Virus record (IMG/VR): IMGVR_UViG_3300014208_000001
Location: 165,318 to 229,317 of that record
Reading direction: 5' to 3' (one strand)
Length of the DNA stretch: 64,000 nucleotides
Origin: a virus
Taxonomy: Duplodnaviria > Heunggongvirae > Uroviricota > Caudoviricetes
Part shown: in pieces, positions 1-8,297 of the stretch
How positions within the stretch are numbered: the first letter of the stretch is position 1
Layout: each line of letters opens with the position of its first letter
Program-made: the position numbers and the translations under genes
The notes under the pieces: model-generated
Told to the model about the DNA's origin: nothing
Database searches by the model: none
The model's input: only the letters and a program-made list of their open reading frames with translations

Positions 1-356
1 GCTGGTTGGCTCATTGGTTGGACACCAACGAGGTTGTCAGCGATTAGCTTGGGGTAGCTTTTGCGGAGCAGTGGTAGGGCAAACCGTGTGAAGTCTGCGA
101 TGTCTGCTGTTGTGGTTTGGGTTTCTGTCAGCAGGCGGCTTTTGCCGTTTGGTGACATGTGGTTGTATTGGTTCTCGAGGATGGCGGCCATTAAACCAAA
201 TTTCTTTGGTTCAATTTCTGGACATTTGGCGAGAACTGGTGACCACTTTTTGACATATTCGTTGCGTTTTGATTCGCTGAATAGTCGTGCTTTGTGGGGG
301 TCGGCGTTGAAGTTTTCTGTTAGCGTTGATTGTCTGGAACTTCTTGTTGGTAACAT
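1..356 (-). CDS. major capsid protein, gp23-like (N-terminal ~118 aa; gene continues past window start)
   Basis: Minus ATG at 356 with an AAAGGGA RBS. Translation MLPTRSS...KKWSPVLAKCPEIEPKKFGLMAAILENQ...RKSYPKLIADNLVGVQPMSQPA matches T4 gp23 NKWKPLLEGEGLPEI...IFENQ...RRAIPNLIAFDICGVQPMNSPTG. Confidence 0.8.
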   Translation of the reverse strand, partial: MLPTRSSRQSTLTENFNADPHKARLFSESKRNEYVKKWSPVLAKCPEIEPKKFGLMAAILENQYNHMSPNGKSRLLTETQTTTADIADFTRFALPLLRKSYPKLIADNLVGVQPMSQP

Positions 357-403
357 TCTGATCCCTTTTATGACCAATTTTTCAGATTATTAGGGTATTG
401 CAA

Positions 404-1042
404 TTAGTCGAGTCCGTCGGCTATTGCGGCGATTGGGTTGCGGTTCTGGTTTTCGAGGATAGTTGGTCTCGTTGATTGGGCCTTTGCGGGCTTATTACGA
501 TTTTGGTCTATTCTCTTTGTTTGACCAGTACCTTCTGTTAGCGTTTTGGCTGGTGTAGCCTTCGATTCATTGAGTTTTCTCTCAATGGTTCGATTACGTT
601 GGAGTGCTTTTTCAGCTAGTGCATTGGCTCTATTAGCCCGTGCGATTGCTGTGTCGCGCTCCTCTTTTAGAGTTGCCATTTGGTCATGCAGGGCTTTAGA
701 ATCCTTATCGCTTTCTCCAATTGTTATGCCCTCTAACGACTGACGTATGTCGCGGAGCTTGGATAGAGCATCGGATTCCTTAAGGGCCGAACTCTTGATG
801 AGTTTTCTTTCGATAGCGGACACTTGGCTCTCAAAGAAGATTTGGACTTTGCGAGCTAGATCACGCTTATGAGTGTCGACTTCTTCGACACAGATTTTTT
901 TGGCTTCTTTGATCTTTTCTTTTAGTTCAAGATCGGCCTGTTCTCTGATATCTTTCCGATACTTTTCTAAACTCTCAACTATTTGAGATGATAAAGTTTC
1001 GGAAACACCAGCTTGTTTGAACAGTTCACGAATCTTTTCCAT
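404..1042 (-). CDS. prohead scaffold/core protein (gp22-like, coiled-coil, K/E-rich)
   Basis: A 212-aa charged, heptad-rich protein lying immediately upstream (on the minus strand) of the gp23-like gene, as gp22 does in T4. Confidence 0.45.
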   Translation of the reverse strand: MEKIRELFKQAGVSETLSSQIVESLEKYRKDIREQADLELKEKIKEAKKICVEEVDTHKRDLARKVQIFFESQVSAIERKLIKSSALKESDALSKLRDIRQSLEGITIGESDKDSKALHDQMATLKEERDTAIARANRANALAEKALQRNRTIERKLNESKATPAKTLTEGTGQTKRIDQNRNKPAKAQSTRPTILENQNRNPIAAIADGLD

Positions 1043-1164
1043 TATACTATCCTTAAGGTAATCGAAGGTTCTGTAATAACTTTGCTGGAGAGCTTATAAT
1101 TTTATTTAATTCTAAATATATATTTGAGCGAATTAAATAATTGTTATTTAATTAAACAATAATG

Positions 1165-1380
1165 CTATTTGCGAATAATAAGATACAATATAAAACATAG
1201 ATATATAACATTAATAACAGGGCAAAAAGCAATAAACAAACAGTACACCAAAACAGTAATGTCGCTAGTAACTATACCATCATTAATCATAGTATCAGCA
1301 TATTGATCAAAAAACATATAGAAATATAAACATGCAATAGCAGCTGGCAATAAGTATGAATAAAATATCATATCGATCAT
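1165..1380 (-). CDS. small 2-TM membrane protein
   Basis: A 71-aa ORF with two hydrophobic segments; no recognisable motif. Confidence 0.3.
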   Translation of the reverse strand: MIDMIFYSYLLPAAIACLYFYMFFDQYADTMINDGIVTSDITVLVYCLFIAFCPVINVIYLCFILYLIIRK

Positions 1381-2154
1381 TTGATTAAACTCTCAAAATT
1401 TCGTATTCCAATCGACATGACAAAAACACAATGGCGCATTTCATTAAATAAAATGATTATTGATGATTTGTGCGAATATTTTCCTGGATTATCTTCTAAT
1501 CCAGAATATTATAATGATTATACATCACGCGAATCAACAGTGACTTTTAAATTACTATGTAAAAACGCTATAGCATTAATGATAGAAATTGAACATATAA
1601 CAGTATCACCACAAGATACTATAAAAGTAACTATCTATGTTGATACCGTATTGGCGTCAAAATATCACAAAAATATTTTGTGCTTTAAATTATTTCACAA
1701 AAGAGCTTTTACTCAAACGCAATATATCAGTAAACAACGTTATGCACATTTCAAATTGAAAACGTATTCATTTACAGAAGCAAGAGAATTCGATGCGACA
1801 ATGTATGATAATTTCTTCGCTATGGCACGTTCTAGAGTTAAATATATGTGTCTTAATATAATGAGTAGTATTAATAATTTGATATTATTACACCACTTGC
1901 TTGAAGAAACCAAGATATTTAGACACGACAATATTGATATATATAACTTATATAAAGATTACTTATCAGAGTATTCATGTGTATTTAAAATACCATATAA
2001 AAATAATACTTATACATTAGATACTTATAGTAATAAAATTAATTTCATAGAAAATATTCAAAAAGGAGAAAATATAGAATTAGTGCGTGATATAATACTA
2101 TACCATCCACCAAAATTATTCAACTTGCTTGATATGTTATTGGAACCAAAATGA
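1381..2154 (+). CDS. hypothetical protein (plus-strand island)
   Basis: A 257-aa ORF, ATGA-coupled to the next plus-strand ORF. Confidence 0.4.
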   Translation: MIKLSKFRIPIDMTKTQWRISLNKMIIDDLCEYFPGLSSNPEYYNDYTSRESTVTFKLLCKNAIALMIEIEHITVSPQDTIKVTIYVDTVLASKYHKNILCFKLFHKRAFTQTQYISKQRYAHFKLKTYSFTEAREFDATMYDNFFAMARSRVKYMCLNIMSSINNLILLHHLLEETKIFRHDNIDIYNLYKDYLSEYSCVFKIPYKNNTYTLDTYSNKINFIENIQKGENIELVRDIILYHPPKLFNLLDMLLEPK

Positions 2155-2579
2155 CTTCATTATGTTGGTTATATGATTGTAAACAAGTAATTCATTACGG
2201 ATTACTACGAACTACAGATGTTAAATTAGATGATTATTTTTCTGGTGTATTAGATATATTAATCGAAAATACGCGGTATGGAATCACATCGTCAACAATG
2301 ATGTTTAGAAACAATGAAATAATTATTTCATTTCAAAATATATCTGAATTATTTAAAATTGAAATTAGAATTACTGCTGCCAAAATCCGTTTAAATATGA
2401 TAAATTCACACACAGATGATACATTAACTAAATTAAATGAAGACATGGTGTATTTTAACAGTGATTTAGCTGTTAAAATTTACAAATGTATCAGATGCAT
2501 AAAATACTTGTATACGGCAGTTGAATCATCTGATAATACTGAATTATTACTTTTAGGAGACAAATTAGAACTATTTTAA
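2151..2579 (+). CDS. hypothetical protein
   Basis: A 142-aa ORF with a 4-nt overlap on the upstream ORF. Confidence 0.35.
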   Translation: MTSLCWLYDCKQVIHYGLLRTTDVKLDDYFSGVLDILIENTRYGITSSTMMFRNNEIIISFQNISELFKIEIRITAAKIRLNMINSHTDDTLTKLNEDMVYFNSDLAVKIYKCIRCIKYLYTAVESSDNTELLLLGDKLELF

Positions 2580-3068
2580 TAGCTCGTATACCCCATATGC
2601 AAAAAATATGCAACACATTGATAACAATGGTATAATATGTATGTATTTTATATTTTTAGAGATATATGCTGCAATAATTTGTAATGTTGCAAACACTGAT
2701 ACACACAATTTTAATAATTCGTTTTGTAATATTGCGCTAAGTATAATAATACAACCTAATAATATGGTTATTATTATAATCATTGCTGCTTTAATGAAGA
2801 AATGATGCCTCTTATTAAATTTTTTATATGCCTCTTTAACAATATCAATGATCGAATCATCAATCAATTCTATTTTATATGGCGCTTTTTCAATTATATC
2901 ATTTATACATGAATAGCTATATGTCTCTGAAATATACAAATATCGTTCATCTACAAGAAATATTATTACAGTACTCCCGTTAAATACTTGTATAAGTTTA
3001 AGCTCACGACCATCATATATTCTGACCTTTTTAAGTTTTAATTCATTTTGTATTATATTTAAGATCAT
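2571..3068 (-). CDS. hypothetical membrane protein (C-terminal TM helices)
   Basis: A 165-aa ORF with a hydrophobic C-terminal third. Confidence 0.35.
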   Translation of the reverse strand: MILNIIQNELKLKKVRIYDGRELKLIQVFNGSTVIIFLVDERYLYISETYSYSCINDIIEKAPYKIELIDDSIIDIVKEAYKKFNKRHHFFIKAAMIIIITILLGCIIILSAILQNELLKLCVSVFATLQIIAAYISKNIKYIHIIPLLSMCCIFFAYGVYELLK

Positions 3069-3463
3069 TGGCTGACCAATGCTATTATTATAAGTAGTGC
3101 TATTTTAATAATCATTTGGATAAAACCAATGATGATTAATACTATTGAAGTATCACGTATTAATTCTACCATACGTGCACAATAATATAAATATTTAATA
3201 ATATTATATCTTCTTTTGGCTTTGTCTAGGATTAATGGATCGTATAAATTTATACCATTATTAAGATAACGGATAGCTTCGACTTCATCTACGTCTTGTT
3301 GCAATCTCTTTATATATAAATTATTTTTATCTGTTATAATGTATATATTATGTTTATCAATTATGAATGATGTTTGCAATTGTGAAGGAAATAGTGTGTA
3401 TACTCCATAAGCATGATATTCAATTCCGATATGATCAGCTATTGCTTCTATTATATCACTCAT
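3065..3463 (-). CDS. hypothetical protein with C-terminal TM anchor
   Basis: A 132-aa ORF with a 4-nt overlap on its neighbour. Confidence 0.35.
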   Translation of the reverse strand: MSDIIEAIADHIGIEYHAYGVYTLFPSQLQTSFIIDKHNIYIITDKNNLYIKRLQQDVDEVEAIRYLNNGINLYDPLILDKAKRRYNIIKYLYYCARMVELIRDTSIVLIIIGFIQMIIKIALLIIIALVSQ

Positions 3464-3626
3464 TGTCTCTTAATACTTTTAGAAATAATTCAGTTCCTTC
3501 TTTACATCTTAGTGATATTGATTTTTGAATATCTTTCTCTTCTGCCGCTTTATCACATTGTTTACATTTCCTAATATGCCATACTAATTGATACATTGGA
3601 GATTTTTCATTATATTCAATTTTCAT
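3456..3626 (-). CDS. small Cys-containing ORF (CxxC, zinc-ribbon-like), unannotated in ORF track
   Basis: A hand-translated 56-aa ORF, MKIEYNEKSPMYQLVWHIRKCKQCDKAAEEKDIQKSISLRCKEGTELFLKVLRDNE, filling the 3464-3615 gap. Confidence 0.25.
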   Translation of the reverse strand: MKIEYNEKSPMYQLVWHIRKCKQCDKAAEEKDIQKSISLRCKEGTELFLKVLRDNE

Positions 3627-3822
3627 TTTCGACGCTTTTGATTTTTAATCTTGCGGTGCCAAGTCTTAAAGCCTCTTCTATTGTTTTAGCCTGACTATTT
3701 GTTAATTTGTATTCTTTTAATGATAATTCTCCTCTAGATAATGGCTTATTTATTTTAACGATTTTGTATATTTTACGTTTCATAAATTGCACCAACACAT
3801 GAACGACATGAATGCGAACCAT
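3616..3822 (-). CDS. hypothetical small basic protein
   Basis: A 68-aa ORF. Confidence 0.3.
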   Translation of the reverse strand: MVRIHVVHVLVQFMKRKIYKIVKINKPLSRGELSLKEYKLTNSQAKTIEEALRLGTARLKIKSVENEN

Positions 3823-4022
3823 AATGTTGTTATCAACATTAACGGAAGCATACCACGCATAGCATCATATGTTCTTTTTGCTTCTTCATCTGGTAAATGT
3901 TCAACGTCCCATATTTTCCTATACAATTTAGGTCTTTTCATAGTAAACATCATTATCATTGTTATTATTGTGAACAACCCTATAAAGATTGCCGTAAAAC
4001 CATTAGCGATAACTGTGATCAT
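3780..4022 (-). CDS. small membrane protein (2 TM)
   Basis: An 80-aa ORF with two hydrophobic helices. Confidence 0.3.
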   Translation of the reverse strand: MITVIANGFTAIFIGLFTIITMIMMFTMKRPKLYRKIWDVEHLPDEEAKRTYDAMRGMLPLMLITTLWFAFMSFMCWCNL

Positions 4023-4318
4023 AAATTTCCTACATTGTTAATGTAATCAACTGCTTCGTCGGCACATACGCCACACATACTCTCTGAATATCCTTCAACA
4101 GTATATAATGTTCTCGTCAACATTGAGCATTCACATTCATGAAATCCATATTCATCGACTAGTAAATCGACTATAGCATCTTTCATCACTACGCCAACTG
4201 CCATATCCAAATCGTCTGATGTGATAGTATCATCTATATCGTTAATAAATTCTTCAAATTGGCTCTTTGTGAAATTTATTGATAATGTGACTATTCCTTG
4301 TCTTGCTCTTTTAGGCAT
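4019..4318 (-). CDS. acidic Cys-containing hypothetical protein
   Basis: A 99-aa ORF with ECECS...CGVC, overlapping the DUF433 gene. Confidence 0.35.
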   Translation of the reverse strand: MPKRARQGIVTLSINFTKSQFEEFINDIDDTITSDDLDMAVGVVMKDAIVDLLVDEYGFHECECSMLTRTLYTVEGYSESMCGVCADEAVDYINNVGNL

Positions 4319-4563
4319 CTGATAATCTCCTGTTTGTTCTTGTTGCTGTACTTTATCGCGTCATTAATTTGAGATATTGTCAAAAATGGGTAACATTCTA
4401 ATATTTCATTAACTGATAGTCCCAATATTTTATACTTATAAATCACCCAAACTGGTATACGAGTACCTTTAATTGTGGCATCACCGCCACAGACTCCTTT
4501 AATATGTGTTATTGCCATTTTACGTATCTCAAATTTTTGAAATATAAACAATACCGCAAGCAA
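4291..4563 (-). CDS. DUF433 domain protein
   Basis: GVCGGDATIKGTRIPVWVIYKYKILGLSVNEILECYPFLTISQINDAIKYS matches the DUF433 consensus (G.P.I.GTRI.V...L..G.S.EEIL..YP.LT...I..AL.Y). Confidence 0.5.
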   Translation of the reverse strand: MLAVLFIFQKFEIRKMAITHIKGVCGGDATIKGTRIPVWVIYKYKILGLSVNEILECYPFLTISQINDAIKYSNKNKQEIIRCLKEQDKE

Positions 4564-4576
4564 ATGGAGAGTATTT

Positions 4577-5023
4577 ATGACAAGTTTGTTTTATTCAACA
4601 AACCGCGATAAAGATGATATAATATGGCCGATTATAGATATGTTCGCTGAAAAAGCACGCAAATCAAATGTTACAATATCTGTCGATATAAACGATTCAA
4701 AACATATCGCTATCATATTTGATTACGGTTATAGAATTAAAATATACACCGAATTAGATAATGATGGTACAGTTCTAACACCTGTTTATAGTATTTTAAA
4801 ATCATATACATTATTGAAATTCCAAAATAGCACTTTAAAATTGCGAGCACAAACAAATAGCATATTAGATATCAATGAAAATACTGTTAATAATATAATT
4901 GATGGTTCTTTATTGCATATCGAAGCATGGACTATGTTAGATCAATTACCTATACATGACCTTAAAGAGACAGTAAATTTTATGTTTAATTTATCGAATG
5001 ATATAACACAAGATCCGTTCTAG
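4577..5023 (+). CDS. hypothetical protein
   Basis: A 148-aa plus-strand ORF convergent with the QueC-like gene. Confidence 0.4.
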   Translation: MTSLFYSTNRDKDDIIWPIIDMFAEKARKSNVTISVDINDSKHIAIIFDYGYRIKIYTELDNDGTVLTPVYSILKSYTLLKFQNSTLKLRAQTNSILDINENTVNNIIDGSLLHIEAWTMLDQLPIHDLKETVNFMFNLSNDITQDPF

Positions 5024-5664
5024 ACAATCTCATTATCTATAGCTGTTTTCGCTATACTATTTGTTATACATGGTACACATTTTTTACAATTTTTACCATT
5101 GACTGGGTTTTCGCACCACCAAACTTTATTGTGTAATTTGTATGATTTTAAATTTTTTAATATGTCATATTTATGTTGCCATTCTAATGGTGCTATTAAT
5201 TTACCAGTACCGCCTCTAATTTTTTGCATATTGTCGAACATAGCATATATTTCATGCTTATAATGCCATACGCAATCGCCATGTATATATCCAACATATA
5301 AATCTTCATATGGTCTGAGATAATTCACTGCTATTGGCAACCATATCAGTGGTTGCGATAATCCATTATTTTCGCCTATACATACGTTGCCATTGTCTGA
5401 TGCTATGGTAACTTCGAAATTATGAAAAGTCCATTTAAGTCTATTGGTATATTTTATGAATTTATTACGCGCTAATTTATTTTCTTCTGCCGCGTTAATT
5501 CGGTCATGTATTATTGATATTGTTGATACTGTTTGATGAGGTTCTAATTTATGATTACCTCTTGTAACATATTGATCATATAATAATGTGTATAATAAAT
5601 ATGTTGAATCACAACCACCTGACCATAACACTAGCATTTTGATGCGCTCCTTTGAACGCATCAA
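5020..5664 (-). CDS. queC: QueC-like PP-loop ATPase (7-cyano-7-deazaguanine synthase family)
   Basis: N-terminal SGGxDS PP-loop (VLWSGGCDSTYLL). C-terminal 4-Cys zinc motif CENPVNGKNCKKCVPC, like QueC CxxC..CxxC. Confidence 0.5.
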   Translation of the reverse strand: MMRSKERIKMLVLWSGGCDSTYLLYTLLYDQYVTRGNHKLEPHQTVSTISIIHDRINAAEENKLARNKFIKYTNRLKWTFHNFEVTIASDNGNVCIGENNGLSQPLIWLPIAVNYLRPYEDLYVGYIHGDCVWHYKHEIYAMFDNMQKIRGGTGKLIAPLEWQHKYDILKNLKSYKLHNKVWWCENPVNGKNCKKCVPCITNSIAKTAIDNEIV

Positions 5665-5674
5665 ATACAGTCAA

Positions 5675-6388
5675 TTACGAATTAAAATATTTTTTGATTT
5701 CGTCAACTAACATACTTTCATAAACCACTTTTTCAAATTGTGGTTTAATTTTTGATTTTTCATTCTTTTTGGCGAATCTATCTTTAACTGATTCTTTAAT
5801 GTGCATTATCGCGCTGCGGACGCTCGGCTCTGATACCGCGTCCCAAGTGACGAAAGTATACCCTGGTAACACTCTATATGTTTCGTGGCCATGTGCTTCG
5901 ACCATTTCCATATCACCGACGCCGCGAGATGAGATCCCAACTCTTACTTTATGCTCGAACAATCCTTTGAGCATAGCCCCACATGGCATTCTATCTAGTA
6001 CTTCGGCTTCGCCATAGACTTTGCGGCCTTCTACCCAAATATTTGTGATTAAGTGGCTTATTCTATCCATGTGAATTTTGGCGTCTGCTGGATGGTCTAA
6101 TTCGCCAACTACTGCTCGTTGTGCGACATCTTCTCTGATATCATTGACAGCGGGTACTAATACTTCTTTAGTTGGGTAGACTCTTCCATTAGCGTTTTCT
6201 TTATCACCTTCTTGAAATATACCGGTTATTTTTAGAACATTGGCACCGTTCATACTTTCTTTTATTATTTTGGTTTCTAATGGTTGAAAGACAAATGTAT
6301 CCCTAATCATTTGCATACCAGTTGGTATTTCGCCTGTTTCAGCGATTAATCCACGATTGATAATTATTTGTGATCGTGTTGGAAGCAT
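5675..6388 (-). CDS. prohead core protease, gp21-like
   Basis: NGRVYP...GELDHP...GISSRG motifs reminiscent of T4 gp21 (S77 family). Sits in the head-morphogenesis neighbourhood. Confidence 0.55.
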   Translation of the reverse strand: MLPTRSQIIINRGLIAETGEIPTGMQMIRDTFVFQPLETKIIKESMNGANVLKITGIFQEGDKENANGRVYPTKEVLVPAVNDIREDVAQRAVVGELDHPADAKIHMDRISHLITNIWVEGRKVYGEAEVLDRMPCGAMLKGLFEHKVRVGISSRGVGDMEMVEAHGHETYRVLPGYTFVTWDAVSEPSVRSAIMHIKESVKDRFAKKNEKSKIKPQFEKVVYESMLVDEIKKYFNS

Positions 6389-6430
6389 AAAATTCCTTTC
6401 GTGATAATTTATATTTGCCTATATTTTTAT

Positions 6431-6970
6431 TTAAATTAATGATATTTTCTTTTTAGTACCATTTTTATTAGAGAAAGTCAATTCATCGAATTTATATTCT
6501 TTGCCAATCAATTTATGTAATGTGATATATTTACTACCTAGTCCTGGCTTTACATATGCTAAAGTTAAGTGAGGTTTATACACATATTTATTTGTTACTT
6601 CTGTTGAATCATTAATTAATTTATTTAATTTACATAGATCTTTACTTGTTACTTCTATTTTAACAACATCATTCTCATTAGATTTAAACAATGATATTTT
6701 GCCAAGTTTGATTTTGATGGGTCCGAATTTTTTGACAATATCTGATATGATACTAGAATTACTTGTATGTATTCCGTATAATACAGTTATATGAAAATCA
6801 GTTTCTTTGCCATCCGCTGCTAAATCATCGTCGTCTATATTATCGACTAATTTTTGTAATTCTTTGATTGGATTATCTATTGATATATCTGACATATCAA
6901 CTTGTGTACTACTATAATCATACTTACTCTCGGTTATTGCTTGTAATTTCATACAATATTTTCTCATCAA
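6431..6970 (-). CDS. 2H phosphoesterase superfamily protein (LigT-like)
   Basis: Two H-x-T/S-x motifs, HITVLY and HLTLAY, spaced about 90 aa apart. Confidence 0.45.
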   Translation of the reverse strand: MMRKYCMKLQAITESKYDYSSTQVDMSDISIDNPIKELQKLVDNIDDDDLAADGKETDFHITVLYGIHTSNSSIISDIVKKFGPIKIKLGKISLFKSNENDVVKIEVTSKDLCKLNKLINDSTEVTNKYVYKPHLTLAYVKPGLGSKYITLHKLIGKEYKFDELTFSNKNGTKKKISLI

Positions 6971-7337
6971 GACTATTCGATTGTGGTGCTGTTAATCCAA
7001 AAAGCAATTCTAAAAATTTGCTTACACCACTACATACACAAAATTTAACTCCAGAAACATATTTATATTTAAATATTAATAATATCTTATCGAAAATTTC
7101 AGGATCATTGTATGATATATAATATTCCATATATCCTCTACGAAACCAATGATAATATACTCCTGATATTCTAACCGAGTCACTACCGCATAGAATACAA
7201 ATATTATTAGCATATATCATATATTTATAGAATCGTTCATAGTACTGATCATGTACTTTAACATCATAATTATTACTTTTTAATTCTTCTGCTATTAAAT
7301 GTAACATATCAAAATTCATCGGTAGTATTAATCCCAC
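6924..7337 (-). CDS. hypothetical protein
   Basis: A 137-aa ORF. It overlaps the downstream gene by 47 nt unless that gene starts at an internal Met. Confidence 0.35.
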   Translation of the reverse strand: MGLILPMNFDMLHLIAEELKSNNYDVKVHDQYYERFYKYMIYANNICILCGSDSVRISGVYYHWFRRGYMEYYISYNDPEIFDKILLIFKYKYVSGVKFCVCSGVSKFLELLFGLTAPQSNSLDEKILYEITSNNRE

Positions 7338-7677
7338 TTATATGCCCGATAAATATAACCACTTTAATCATTAAAGCGATTGGAAAAAACAACATCATTG
7401 GTATGAACCATTTATTTCGTAATCGATATTTATATATAAATTTATCTATTTCGCTAAATATATCATCATGGTATTTCACATCAATATATCCATGCGCTCG
7501 ATCCCAAAACCATGTTATCGTTTCATATTTCATTCTTAAATAATCATTTTTAATTATTAACGTTATATTATAAACAATGATTCTATTACACACATCGCAT
7601 TCACATTGGTTATTACACGTGACCCTATACTTTTTTTCTATAAGAAAATCAATTATTGCTGATTTCATAATATTCAT
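7309..7677 (-). CDS. hypothetical protein, CxxC x2 plus C-terminal TM
   Basis: CNNQCECDVCNR motif, then a hydrophobic tail. Confidence 0.35.
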   Translation of the reverse strand: MNIMKSAIIDFLIEKKYRVTCNNQCECDVCNRIIVYNITLIIKNDYLRMKYETITWFWDRAHGYIDVKYHDDIFSEIDKFIYKYRLRNKWFIPMMLFFPIALMIKVVIFIGHISGINTTDEF

Positions 7678-8213
7678 ATATCACCACTACTCACATTTTG
7701 AAGTATATTAATCAAATAGTCATTAAATCTATTGGCTTTGTTTAACAATATTGTTAATATAGCGTGGGCCATATAAATAAATATAGTAACTATAGCAACA
7801 ATACTTAATAAAGAGATCATTATGGCTGTCATACTCATTCCGGCAATAAACATTATAGTATTGATTAATACATTATTTGTGGTACCGCATACTTTTTTAA
7901 AAGCGTATATGATAAGCAACATTTTATGCTTACATATAAAATTGAGTATTTTACTATCAAATTCTATATCAGTATATTCAATACATTCACTAGTTTGTGT
8001 TAAGTCTCCATTAATAAATTTAATATTGAAGGCGTTAATCATTATAAAATTAGGCTCAATATCTATTGATATATTATTTATTCTAAAATGCTGCTTATAT
8101 CCAACACTTATTACATTATTTATGCTACGTACTGGCCAACCGCTAGTTTTTGGTTCATAAATTATTTTGTTTTCATTTAATAAGTGTTCAATTATTTCAT
8201 GTATTTGAGCCAT
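7674..8213 (-). CDS. hypothetical protein with C-terminal TM helices
   Basis: A 179-aa ORF. Confidence 0.35.
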   Translation of the reverse strand: MAQIHEIIEHLLNENKIIYEPKTSGWPVRSINNVISVGYKQHFRINNISIDIEPNFIMINAFNIKFINGDLTQTSECIEYTDIEFDSKILNFICKHKMLLIIYAFKKVCGTTNNVLINTIMFIAGMSMTAIMISLLSIVAIVTIFIYMAHAILTILLNKANRFNDYLINILQNVSSGDI

Positions 8214-8248
8214 ACTGTGTGTTTCTTTTGAATATCAATACGTAAACG

Positions 8249-8275
8249 CCAACAGCCCCGAATAGGGGCTGTTGG
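8249..8275 (-). terminator. 11-bp perfect hairpin (ccaacagcccc-gaata-ggggctgttgg) just downstream of the large acidic gene
   Basis: Read directly from the sequence. No clear U-tract on either strand. Confidence 0.35.
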
Positions 8276-8297
8276 GCATTCGAGGTTACAATTTCAA

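Noticed and set aside
61-393. Plus-strand ORF of 110 aa
   Set aside because: It is antisense to the gp23-like capsid gene, which has clear homology, so it is an artefact.
7768-7776. TATAAATA (T4 late-promoter-like) on the plus strand
   Set aside because: It lies inside a minus-strand ORF, and such 8-mers are expected by chance at this AT content.
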